Assembly: GCA_026004595.1 (NCBI GenBank)
Contig: BPJL01000006.1
Coordinates: 12,299-76,298 of the forward strand
Reading direction: 5' to 3'
Length of the DNA stretch: 64,000 nucleotides
Origin: Patescibacteria group bacterium
Lineage (GTDB): Bacteria; Patescibacteriota; WWE3; UBA101185; UBA10185
Part shown: positions 1-9,174 of the stretch, piece by piece
Position numbering within the stretch: the first letter of the stretch is position 1
Layout of the letters: the number at the start of each line of letters is the position of its first letter
The notes under the pieces: model-generated
Database searches by the model: none
Told to the model about the DNA's origin: nothing
The model's input: only the letters and a program-made list of their open reading frames with translations
Translations under genes and position numbers: made by a program

Positions 1-324
1 AGTGTTTATTTCTAGAGATTTTGCCTTTTTGTTAAGGGAAACGGCTATTTTCATTGTATCAACCGCTCTTATTTGGGGAGAAGAAATTAACATATCAATT
101 TTTTTATCTTTCAGTTTTTCGGCTAACTCCAATGCTTGTTCCCTACCTTTTTCCGTCAAGGGCGAGTCCCGCCATCCGCTAAATACAAAGTTGGCATTGT
201 CCTCTGTTTGTCCGTGCCTGAAAATATATATTATTGGTCTTCCGGGCTTTTCAATCTTGGGGAGTGTGTCTGTGTGCTTGTAGCTTAAAATAGAAACTGC
301 CTTGTCAACTTTTTTCCCTTCCAT
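1..324 (-). CDS. Histidine phosphatase (phosphoglycerate mutase-like) family protein, 3' end outside window
   Basis: Manual translation from ATG 324: MEGKKVDK...IYIFRHGQTEDN...FSGWRDSPLTEKGREQA...ISSPQIRAVDT; RHG motif; absent from ORF track because there is no stop in the window. Confidence 0.85.
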   Translation of the reverse strand, partial: MEGKKVDKAVSILSYKHTDTLPKIEKPGRPIIYIFRHGQTEDNANFVFSGWRDSPLTEKGREQALELAEKLKDKKIDMLISSPQIRAVDTMKIAVSLNKKAKSLEINT

Positions 325-399
325 ATTTTTTATAGTAAGGTTCAAGGAGAACAGAATCTATCATTTTTAAATCCTAGCATAAAATGTTATCATACTGAA

Positions 400-1047
400 A
401 TGGACTTAATTTCGTTTTTCATATCATTTATCTTGCATATAGATAAGCATTTGGGGGAGATAATCAGCCAGTACGGAACTTTTGCATATTTAATTCTATT
501 TCTAATAATATTTGTAGAAACAGGGCTTGTTTTTACGCCATTCCTACCTGGGGATTCTCTTCTTTTTGCTGCTGGGGCTTTTGCCGCAATCGGCTCTTTT
601 GATATTTTTTTGCTTTTCTTCCTTTTGTGGGGAGCTGCTGTTTTGGGTGATACCGTAAATTACTGGATAGGACATTTTTTTGGGGAGAAGATAATTAGCA
701 ATAAAAGGATACCGATAAAACAGGAACATGTTGAGAAAACCCAGGTATTTTATGCAAAGCATGGAGGCAAGACAATTTTTTTGGCTAGGTTTGTGCCTAT
801 CGTAAGAACTTTTGCACCTTTCGTTGCTGGGGTAGGAAAGATGAGGTACGGATATTTTATTGCTTATAACATTTTTGGTGGTTTTGTCTGGGTTGCTAGT
901 TTTTTGTCCGCGGGATATTTTTTTGGCAATATCCCTCAGGTTAAGGAAAATTTTTCTCTAGTCATTTTCACGATAATATTTATCTCGATTCTGCCGATGA
1001 TCGTTGAGGGCGTCAAAAGTAAACGTTCAAAAAAGCAAGAATCCTAA
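400..1047 (+). CDS. dedA: DedA family membrane protein
   Basis: ETGL..PFLPGDSLLFAAG and ARFVPIVRTFAPFVAG motifs. Confidence 0.93.
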   Translation: MDLISFFISFILHIDKHLGEIISQYGTFAYLILFLIIFVETGLVFTPFLPGDSLLFAAGAFAAIGSFDIFLLFFLLWGAAVLGDTVNYWIGHFFGEKIISNKRIPIKQEHVEKTQVFYAKHGGKTIFLARFVPIVRTFAPFVAGVGKMRYGYFIAYNIFGGFVWVASFLSAGYFFGNIPQVKENFSLVIFTIIFISILPMIVEGVKSKRSKKQES

Positions 1048-1679
1048 TTGTTTTTATATCTTCTAATTACTCCGGTTACCACTCCTTGAATGCTTAGGCT
1101 TCTCGAGTCGACGTAGAGCGGATCCATATTTTTGTTGGCAGGTTGAAGTCTTATTTTTCCATCTTTCTCTCTATAAAAAGTTTTGAGTGTAGCGAATTCA
1201 TTGTCTATCAAGGCCACAACTATCTGACCATCCGACGCTGTATTTTGTTGTTGTATTACAACATGATCGCCGTCAAAAATTCCCATATCTATCATTGAGT
1301 CTCCCTTTACTTGCAAAACGAAGCATCGTTTATGCTTGGAGACAATGTCCGAGCTGACTGTAACGGTTGCAAGAGGGTTTTCTACAGCTTCAATAGGTTC
1401 GCCGGCGGCTATGTATCCAACCAACGGGAGCTCAACAGCGGAAAGATTGGAATTGAAAGAGTGGTCCAGTATCTCTATTCCTCTAACAGAGCCTTCATAT
1501 TTTTTTATCATTCCCTTTTTCTCCAGAGCTTGTATGTGCTCATGCACTGTTGCTAGTGAAGAAAGACCCATAGAATTGGCAATTTCCTGTAAAGTAGGTG
1601 AGTGGCCGTTGACCTGGATGTACTGGGAAATAAAATCTAAAATTTGCTTCTGCTTTTTATAAAGTGTTACGGGGCTCAT
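1044..1679 (-). CDS. lexA: SOS repressor LexA
   Basis: N-terminal wHTH (PTLQEIA...SSLATVHEH), AAG cleavage site, GDSM Ser and ATLK Lys. Confidence 0.97.
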   Translation of the reverse strand: MSPVTLYKKQKQILDFISQYIQVNGHSPTLQEIANSMGLSSLATVHEHIQALEKKGMIKKYEGSVRGIEILDHSFNSNLSAVELPLVGYIAAGEPIEAVENPLATVTVSSDIVSKHKRCFVLQVKGDSMIDMGIFDGDHVVIQQQNTASDGQIVVALIDNEFATLKTFYREKDGKIRLQPANKNMDPLYVDSRSLSIQGVVTGVIRRYKNN

Positions 1680-1707
1680 TAAAAACCCTCCTTGGCCTGA
1701 AAATATT

Positions 1708-1723
1708 TACGGATTTTCTTTGG
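1708..1723 (-). promoter_or_regulatory. Candidate LexA operator (CCAAA-N6-CCGTA on minus strand)
   Basis: Direct repeat matching the motif seen at 1745, 1820 and 6148; upstream of lexA. Confidence 0.45.
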
Positions 1724-1744
1724 TTTTTAGCTATTTTCATAGTA

Positions 1745-1760
1745 CCGAAAAATATACGAA
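1745..1760 (+). promoter_or_regulatory. Candidate LexA operator (CCGAA-N6-ACGAA)
   Basis: Direct repeat in the lexA/uvrB divergent intergenic region; same spacing as the uvrA site. Confidence 0.6.
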
Positions 1761-1819
1761 GATGTCAAGACCCTGTTTTCTAATACCGTTAGATATACAA
1801 GGCAGTAGGTAAGAGCGAG

Positions 1820-1835
1820 CCAAAGAAAACCCAAA
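1820..1835 (+). promoter_or_regulatory. Candidate LexA operator (CCAAA-N6-CCAAA)
   Basis: Lies just upstream of the uvrB extended -10 TGcTACAAT (1840-1848). Confidence 0.4.
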
Positions 1836-1855
1836 AATATGCTACAATTTTGAAG

Positions 1856-3850
1856 ATGTTTAAGTTAGTTTCTCCATTTAAGCCTACAGGCGATCAGCCC
1901 GAGGCAATAAAACAGCTGACAGAAAATTTAGAAAGAGGTGTTAAAGACCAGGTGCTGCTGGGTGTTACAGGAAGCGGAAAAACCTTCGCGATTGCCAATG
2001 TTATTGAAAAAGTTCAGAAACCCACTCTCGTGATTTCTCACAACAAAACATTGGCGGCCCAGCTTTATCAAGAGTTCCGTGAGTTTTTTCCGGAAAACGC
2101 GGTTGAGTATTTTGTAAGTTACTATGATTATTACCAGCCAGAAAGCTACATACCCGCTACAGATACATATATTGAAAAAGATTCGGATATTAACGAAAAA
2201 ATAGATAAGCTTAGGCTTTCTGCGACAACTTCGTTAATGACGAGAAAAGATGTGATAGTTGTGGCCTCTGTGTCCTGTATTTACAATTTGGGGAGTCCTG
2301 CGGAATATTCAAAAGTAGCGATAGAGCTAAGGGAAGGTATGAAAATTCGCAAGGCCGATCTTCTGAAGAGACTTTCTCAAATATATTACGAACGTTCGGA
2401 ATACGATTTTATTAGAGGGACTTACAGAGTGACCGGAGATGTTGTTGATGTGTATCTTGCGTATCAGGATTACGCGGTAAGATTAGAGGTATCTGACGAT
2501 GTTTTGATGAGCATAAATTATATGGATCCTCTGACAGGGGGCTATGTAGATGATCTGCCGCAAGGATTGGTCATAATTTATCCTGCCAAGCACTATGTCG
2601 CCCCCGAGGAAACCCGCAACCAAGCCATTTCAGAGATTAAAAAAGATCTTCAGGCAAGGTTAGAGGAGCTTAAGAAGAACAACAAAAATTTGGAAGCATA
2701 CAGGCTCGAACAAAGAACCAATTACGATTTGGAGATGATAGAGGAGCTGGGGTATTGCAAAGGAATAGAAAATTATTCGCGCTATTTTGATGGAAGAAAC
2801 CCTGGGGAACCGCCCCATACCTTGATTGAATATTTTCCTAAAGACTTTTTATTGGTTATAGATGAGTCGCACATAACAATCCCGCAGATTAGAGGTATGC
2901 ATAACGGGGATTACTCAAGAAAGAAGACGCTGATTGACTATGGTTTCAGGCTTCCATCAGCTCTTGATAATCGTCCGTTAAATTTTGAAGAATTTTTGTC
3001 AAAAATAAATCAGACAATATATGTAAGCGCAACTCCAGATCAGTGGGAATTGGAAAGATCCGACGGAAAAGTGACCGAGCTCTTGATAAGACCTACCGGT
3101 ATAGTTGATCCAAAAGTTACGGTTATTCCTACCAAAGGGCAGATTGAGGATTTGCTGAAAAGGGTGAAGGAAAGAGCGGCTAAAAAGGAAAGAGTTCTTG
3201 TGACAACTTTAACAAAACGAATGGCAGAAGAGATGTCTGCCTATATGACGGAGAGGGGAATAAAGGTTACATATCTTCATTCTGATATAGATACTTTGGA
3301 GCGGACCGATATTTTGGATAATTTGAGGAAGGGAAAATATGATGTTCTTGTGGGAATTAATTTATTGAGGGAGGGTTTAGACCTGCCAGAGGTGTCCTTG
3401 GTAGCGATTTTAGATGCCGATAAAGAGGGCTTTTTAAGGTCCGAGACCTCGCTTATTCAAGTTATGGGCAGAGCGGCTAGACACATTTCCGGGGAGGTTG
3501 TTATGTATGCTGACAATATTACCGGAAGCATGAGAAGGGCGATTGAAGAGGTGGAAAGAAGGCGGGAAAAGCAAATAAAGTACAATGAAGAGCACGGTTT
3601 GACACCTTCCCAGATTGTTAAGCCGATCAGAGAAAAGCTGATTGATGAGGAGATTGAAGAAGCTTTGGAGACAGCGCGCGGCAGAAAAGTGTATGAGGAT
3701 TTAGATTACCAACAATTACCTCCAAACGAGCTCAAAAAAGAAATAAAGAATTTGGAAAAAGAAATGTTGTATGAAGCGGAAGTGTTAAATTTTGAAAGAG
3801 CCGCGGTCTTGAGAGACAAAGTAAGGGAACTAAAAAAAATTTTAGGTTAA
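1856..3850 (+). CDS. uvrB: Excinuclease ABC subunit B
   Basis: GVTGSGKT Walker A, YYDYYQPE, DESH, C-terminal UVR domain; ATG 1856 preferred over TTG 1850. Confidence 0.98.
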   Translation: MFKLVSPFKPTGDQPEAIKQLTENLERGVKDQVLLGVTGSGKTFAIANVIEKVQKPTLVISHNKTLAAQLYQEFREFFPENAVEYFVSYYDYYQPESYIPATDTYIEKDSDINEKIDKLRLSATTSLMTRKDVIVVASVSCIYNLGSPAEYSKVAIELREGMKIRKADLLKRLSQIYYERSEYDFIRGTYRVTGDVVDVYLAYQDYAVRLEVSDDVLMSINYMDPLTGGYVDDLPQGLVIIYPAKHYVAPEETRNQAISEIKKDLQARLEELKKNNKNLEAYRLEQRTNYDLEMIEELGYCKGIENYSRYFDGRNPGEPPHTLIEYFPKDFLLVIDESHITIPQIRGMHNGDYSRKKTLIDYGFRLPSALDNRPLNFEEFLSKINQTIYVSATPDQWELERSDGKVTELLIRPTGIVDPKVTVIPTKGQIEDLLKRVKERAAKKERVLVTTLTKRMAEEMSAYMTERGIKVTYLHSDIDTLERTDILDNLRKGKYDVLVGINLLREGLDLPEVSLVAILDADKEGFLRSETSLIQVMGRAARHISGEVVMYADNITGSMRRAIEEVERRREKQIKYNEEHGLTPSQIVKPIREKLIDEEIEEALETARGRKVYEDLDYQQLPPNELKKEIKNLEKEMLYEAEVLNFERAAVLRDKVRELKKILG

Positions 3851-3967
3851 ATCTTCCGAGAATCAGGCTTTTTATTCGTACTTAGGTTCAGTCCATATTT
3901 GCGGGTGCTAGTTTCGTCTTATTTATTGACCCTCGTCTGTCTGTCTAATAGAATCGATGAAGAGCAG

Positions 3968-6130
3968 ATGAGAAATACTCCAATCAAAGTTGGTAAATCC
4001 TTAATCAAAGCTGTTAAAGCCATAGGTTACTTTTTCCTTTACATTTACGATGGCTTGCTCATATACATTAAAAAGTTCAAATACGCCGGCGTAAAGAAAA
4101 AAGCGGCCTTCCGCGGGATTAAAAGTTTTGCTAATGGGTTAGTTTCATTTTTTAGAAAAGGCGCCGGTATTTGGTTGGAATTAATCAAATGTTCAAAAGC
4201 GTTTATCGCTGGCTTTTTAGCGTCTGTAATATTCATTTTTATCCCGTACATAGTAAATACGTGGTTTAGAGAACTCCCAAGTCCAGAAATGCTTTTAGTA
4301 GCCCAAAAGTACGGCGCCACCCAAATTTTTGACAGAAACGGCGTACTACTTTACGAAATCTATGCAGATAAAAAATACGAACCAGTAAAGCTGGAACAGA
4401 TTCCTAAAAATGTTGTTAACGCCACCATAGCTGTTGAGGATTCCCTTTTTTACCTGCACAAAGGGCTAAGGCCTGACAGCATAATTCGTGCTTTTACCAA
4501 AACTTTCTTCAACGGCAGTAAACAGGGAGGGTCAACGATCACTCAACAATTAGTTAAAAATGTTCTTCTTACCCCCGAGAGAACTTTTTCCAGAAAGGTA
4601 AAAGAAGCAGTTTTATCTGTAATGGTTGAGGCAAAATATTCCAAAGAGGAAATACTTGAGATGTATTTGAATAATATTTCTTATGGCGGCAACGCTTGGG
4701 GTATCCAATCGGCCTCTCAAAAGTATTTCGGGAAGAATGTTTGGGAGTTAAACCTGGCTGAGGTTTCAATGTTGGCGGGGCTTCCTTCCTCTCCCTCTCT
4801 ATACTCTCCTTTTAGCGACATTCAAAAGGCTAAAGATCGTCAGAAGTATGTTCTAAAAAGAATGGCCGGTTTGGGTTACATAACTTTAGAAGAAGAGCAA
4901 GAGGCGTTGGTAGAGGATTTAGTTCTTGTTCCTCAAAAAGATTTTATTGCCGCCCCGCATTTTGTGAATTTTGTACGGCAGGGGTTGGAAAAAATGTATG
5001 GGAGCCGCTTTGTGAATGGAGGGGGGCTTAAAGTGGTCACGACACTAGACTATTCCCTCCAGCAAAAAGCGGAAGAAATCGTTTATGATGAGGTACGAAA
5101 GGGCGCCGCGTACGGTTTTTCCAACGGCGCCGCTGTGGTTTTGGATGTGAAGAACGCCGAGATGTTAGCGTATGTGGGATCGGCGGATTATTTTTCGCCG
5201 AAATGGGGCGCTTTTGATGTTGTTACGGCTTTAAGACAGCCCGGCTCCTCTATTAAACCGGTTACATATTCTTTGGCTTTTGCTTCCGGAATGACTCCAG
5301 CGACGACAATTCAGGATTCTCCGGTTGTTTACACTTTTCAAGGCGCGGAAGCTTACAGGCCAGTTAATTATGATGGAAAGTTTCACGGAACTGTTACCTT
5401 AAGGGCGGCTTTAGCCAATTCCTATAATGTTCCTGCAGTAAAATTAGCTAAGATTGTGGGGCCCGACGACATTGTTGCGCTCGGAAGGGATATGGGCCTT
5501 ACAAATTGGGAGGTAGATGGTTCATATGGGCTTTCAATTACCCTTGGAGGCAAGGAAGTAAGGCTTTTGGATTTGACCAATGTATATGCAACTCTCGCCC
5601 GAAAGGGATCTTTTGTTGAACCGTCCTTCCTTTTATCTGTTAGAGATGGGAGGGGGTATGAGATTTATTCAAAAAAGCAATTTTATCCTAAACAGGTGAT
5701 TTCTGAAGAAGTGTCCTATTTGATTTGGCATATACTCTCCGATAATGATGCGAGAATTCCAGCTTTTGGAACAAGAAATTTTCTAAGTCTTTCGGGTTAC
5801 AAGATAGCTGCAAAAACAGGGACCACAGATCAAATAAAAGACAATTGGACTTTCGGATACACCCCAAGTTACGTAGTTGGAGTATGGGTTGGCAACAACG
5901 ACAACACGCCGATGAACAGACGCATGGCTTCGGGTTTGACAGGCGCCGCCCCGATTTGGAATAGGATAATGGCCGAGGTTCTTCACGGGAAACCAAATGA
6001 AATTTTTGATACGCCAAGCGGAGTGTTCGAAAAGAAGGACGAAAAATGCGGCATGACGGAGGTTTTTATAAAAGGATCGAAAGTGCCTGAAAATTTGTGT
6101 TCCAAAGTGGGAAAAGAAAAGAAGGACTGA
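3968..6130 (+). CDS. Class A penicillin-binding protein (transglycosylase/transpeptidase, PBP1A family)
   Basis: EDxxFYxHxG, GGSTITQQLVKN, SSIK, SYN, KTG motifs; start uncertain (3899 or 3968). Confidence 0.95.
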   Translation: MRNTPIKVGKSLIKAVKAIGYFFLYIYDGLLIYIKKFKYAGVKKKAAFRGIKSFANGLVSFFRKGAGIWLELIKCSKAFIAGFLASVIFIFIPYIVNTWFRELPSPEMLLVAQKYGATQIFDRNGVLLYEIYADKKYEPVKLEQIPKNVVNATIAVEDSLFYLHKGLRPDSIIRAFTKTFFNGSKQGGSTITQQLVKNVLLTPERTFSRKVKEAVLSVMVEAKYSKEEILEMYLNNISYGGNAWGIQSASQKYFGKNVWELNLAEVSMLAGLPSSPSLYSPFSDIQKAKDRQKYVLKRMAGLGYITLEEEQEALVEDLVLVPQKDFIAAPHFVNFVRQGLEKMYGSRFVNGGGLKVVTTLDYSLQQKAEEIVYDEVRKGAAYGFSNGAAVVLDVKNAEMLAYVGSADYFSPKWGAFDVVTALRQPGSSIKPVTYSLAFASGMTPATTIQDSPVVYTFQGAEAYRPVNYDGKFHGTVTLRAALANSYNVPAVKLAKIVGPDDIVALGRDMGLTNWEVDGSYGLSITLGGKEVRLLDLTNVYATLARKGSFVEPSFLLSVRDGRGYEIYSKKQFYPKQVISEEVSYLIWHILSDNDARIPAFGTRNFLSLSGYKIAAKTGTTDQIKDNWTFGYTPSYVVGVWVGNNDNTPMNRRMASGLTGAAPIWNRIMAEVLHGKPNEIFDTPSGVFEKKDEKCGMTEVFIKGSKVPENLCSKVGKEKKD

Positions 6131-6147
6131 AATACATCTTCACAAAC

Positions 6148-6163
6148 CCGAACTTTTACCGTA
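6148..6163 (+). promoter_or_regulatory. Candidate LexA operator (CCGAA-N6-CCGTA)
   Basis: Overlaps the putative -10 TAAAAT (6162-6167) of uvrA. Confidence 0.6.
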
Positions 6164-6176
6164 AAATCATTTGGTC

Positions 6177-9170
6177 ATGGAAAACACCTCGCTTACACAT
6201 ATTTTGGTCAGGGGCGCCCGCCAACATAATCTGAAGAATATAGATTTGGATATCCCAAAAAATAAGATGGTTGTCTTTACGGGAGTTTCGGGATCGGGGA
6301 AGTCCTCTTTAGCTATGGATACAATTTACGCCGAGGGGCAGAGGCGTTACGTTGAAAGTTTGTCGGCCTACGCTCGTCAGTTTTTGGGCGTTATGGACAA
6401 GCCTGATGTGGACAAAATAGAAGGACTTTCACCAGCAATAGCAATAGATCAGAAAACGACTTCAAAAAATCCAAGATCTACGGTTGGTACTATTACCGAG
6501 ATTTATGATTATCTTAGGCTTCTTTATGCTCGAATAGGACACCCCCACTGTCCTCAATGTGGAAGGGAGATACAAAGACAGAGTTCAACCGAGATTGCCC
6601 AGACAATCTTGGATTTGATCTCCGGTTACAAAGATTTTAAATCAGAGAAGGGGACGAGGTTTTTTATTTATTCCCCGATTGTTAGAGATAGAAAGGGAGA
6701 ATATTCTGCTCTTTTTGAAAATCTCAGGAAGCAGGGAGTGCTTCGCGCTAGAGTGGATGGCGAAGTTATGAGCTTAAAGGAAAAATTTGATTTGATAAAG
6801 ACCAACAAGCATACGATCGATGCTTTAATCTCAAGACATTCGGTAAATTCTAAAAAAATGGCTGACAGCGGCGAGGCTAAGAGTGTTTTTTCAGAGATTT
6901 TTCAATCGGTTGAAACCGCTCTTCGACTTAGCGGCGGAACAGTTATATTAAGCGTGATAAAGGGGAGCTCTTTTGATTTTCCTGAAAACCCTAAAGACAC
7001 CGAAGACCACCTTCTTTCCGAGAACTTCGCGTGCCCGGTTTGCAACATATCTCTTCCGGAGATTGAGCCCAGGACATTTTCTTTTAACTCACCGCACGGC
7101 GCATGCCCAGCTTGTGACGGTCTCGGGATGCAGTTAAAGGTTAATGAGGGCGCTGTTGTAAATCCCAGGCTTTCTATATCTGAGGGTGGAATTCTACCTT
7201 GGCAGAAACTTTTTGAGCATCAAACCTGGACGCAGAATGTGATAAAAAAAGTGGCTGAAGTTTATAATTTTTCTCTTGATAAACCCATAAAAGATTTGTC
7301 GGAAGAGGCGCGCAGAATAATAATGTACGGAGCCGGGGACAAAAGATTTCGAGTAACTTACAGAGGACAGAGTGGCCACGAGCATACATACGAGGCCGGG
7401 TACGAAGGTGTTGTTCCCAACTTAATGAGAAGGCATAGAGAAACCCAATCCGAATATATAAGAAATGAGATAGAGAAGTATATGGTGAACGAGGATTGTC
7501 CCGTATGCAAGGGGTCGCGCCTTAAAAAGGAATCTTTATCCATAGTGGTTGACTCAAAACCCATAACTGAAATCACAGAGGCGTCAATAAAGGAAAACAT
7601 TGAATGGATAAAAAAGCTTGATAAGGTACTTAATGAAAGGGAGCACAAAATAGCTGAAGGAATTCTCAAAGAAATAACTTACCGCCTCAACTTTCTAAAG
7701 GATGTCGGTTTGGATTATTTGACATTAGCCCGTTCCTCATCTCAACTATCAGGCGGAGAAGCTCAAAGGATAAGGTTAGCGTCCCAGATAGGTTCAGGTT
7801 TGTCGGGGGTATTGTACGTTTTAGACGAACCCTCAATAGGTTTGCATCAAAAGGATCAAGCAAAACTTATACGAACCCTGCACCAGCTCAGGGATTTAGG
7901 TAATACTGTGTTAGTTGTTGAGCATGACGCTGAAACAATGCTGGAAAGTGACTACATTTTTGATTTTGGACCTGGGGCAGGAGCAAATGGGGGTAAGGTT
8001 GTCGCGGAGGGAGCTCCTGAAGAGGTTATGAAAAATCCCAATTCTTTGACGGCAAAATATCTCTCCAAAAAACTGATAGTTGGAAAAAACGTAAAGAAAG
8101 ATCATGCGAAAGGCGAGATGTTTATGAATTTAGACTCTGTTTCTAAACCGGAAAAGTCGATGGAAGGAAAGAAGTTGATACTAAGAGGGGCGACAGGAAG
8201 GAATCTGAAAAACATAGATTTGACCATTCCTTTGGGAAAGTTTGTCTGTGTGACGGGGGTTTCGGGATCGGGAAAGTCGACATTAATAATGGATACTTTA
8301 TACCAAGCCCTGCGCCAAAGTTTCGGGTTAAAGCTTGAGCAAAGGCCCGAACCGTTCAGGGAGATAGAAGGGGCAGAGAATATTACGAACATAATCGCGA
8401 TAGACCAGAGTCCAATCGGAAGAACCCCAAAGTCGAATCCTGCAACGTATACCAAAGTGTTTGATCACATACGCGAACTTTTTTCACAAACCCAGGAAGC
8501 CAGAGTAAGGGGCTACGGACCAGGACGATTTAGTTTCAATGTGAAGGGTGGAAGGTGTGAGGCCTGTGGGGGAGAGGGCCAAATTAAGATAGAGATGCAG
8601 TTTATGCCCGATGTTTATGTTAATTGTGAAGTTTGCCAAGGAAAGAGGTATAACAGAGAGGCTCTTGAAATTTACTACAAAGGTAAAAATATCGCAGATG
8701 TTTTGGATATGACGGTTGAAGAGGGGATGACATTTTTTGAAAATGTTCCTCAAATTCGAAGACGAATAGAAACCTTGTACGATGTTGGGTTAGGCTACAT
8801 TAAACTTGGTCAGCCGGCTCCAACCTTGTCGGGAGGAGAGGCTCAGAGAGTGAAGCTGGCTTTAGAACTATCCAAGAGGGCAACCGGAAGCACATTTTAT
8901 ATTCTAGATGAACCCACAACAGGGCTGCACTTTGCCGATTTGGAAAATCTAATCACAATCTTCAGAAGGCTTACCTCCAGAGGGAATACAGTTGTAGTTA
9001 TAGAGCACAATTTGGATGTTATAAGCAATTGTGACTACGTTATTGATATGGGTCCAGAAGGGGGAGAAGACGGCGGAAGAATTATTTTTCATGGAACTTT
9101 AGATGAGCTAAAAAATCACAAAACATCTTATACGGCCGAGGCGTTAAGAGGGTATTACAAGAACCGGTAG
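6177..9170 (+). CDS. uvrA: Excinuclease ABC subunit A
   Basis: Two GVSGSGKS Walker A motifs, two LSGGEAQR signatures, CxxC zinc fingers. Confidence 0.98.
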   Translation: MENTSLTHILVRGARQHNLKNIDLDIPKNKMVVFTGVSGSGKSSLAMDTIYAEGQRRYVESLSAYARQFLGVMDKPDVDKIEGLSPAIAIDQKTTSKNPRSTVGTITEIYDYLRLLYARIGHPHCPQCGREIQRQSSTEIAQTILDLISGYKDFKSEKGTRFFIYSPIVRDRKGEYSALFENLRKQGVLRARVDGEVMSLKEKFDLIKTNKHTIDALISRHSVNSKKMADSGEAKSVFSEIFQSVETALRLSGGTVILSVIKGSSFDFPENPKDTEDHLLSENFACPVCNISLPEIEPRTFSFNSPHGACPACDGLGMQLKVNEGAVVNPRLSISEGGILPWQKLFEHQTWTQNVIKKVAEVYNFSLDKPIKDLSEEARRIIMYGAGDKRFRVTYRGQSGHEHTYEAGYEGVVPNLMRRHRETQSEYIRNEIEKYMVNEDCPVCKGSRLKKESLSIVVDSKPITEITEASIKENIEWIKKLDKVLNEREHKIAEGILKEITYRLNFLKDVGLDYLTLARSSSQLSGGEAQRIRLASQIGSGLSGVLYVLDEPSIGLHQKDQAKLIRTLHQLRDLGNTVLVVEHDAETMLESDYIFDFGPGAGANGGKVVAEGAPEEVMKNPNSLTAKYLSKKLIVGKNVKKDHAKGEMFMNLDSVSKPEKSMEGKKLILRGATGRNLKNIDLTIPLGKFVCVTGVSGSGKSTLIMDTLYQALRQSFGLKLEQRPEPFREIEGAENITNIIAIDQSPIGRTPKSNPATYTKVFDHIRELFSQTQEARVRGYGPGRFSFNVKGGRCEACGGEGQIKIEMQFMPDVYVNCEVCQGKRYNREALEIYYKGKNIADVLDMTVEEGMTFFENVPQIRRRIETLYDVGLGYIKLGQPAPTLSGGEAQRVKLALELSKRATGSTFYILDEPTTGLHFADLENLITIFRRLTSRGNTVVVIEHNLDVISNCDYVIDMGPEGGEDGGRIIFHGTLDELKNHKTSYTAEALRGYYKNR

Positions 9171-9174
9171 TTTA

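Noticed and set aside
2-283. Plus-strand 93-aa ORF and the many short antisense ORFs in the track (e.g. 50516-51157, 58185-58679, 63527-63892)
   Set aside because: Shadow frames opposite well-supported genes.
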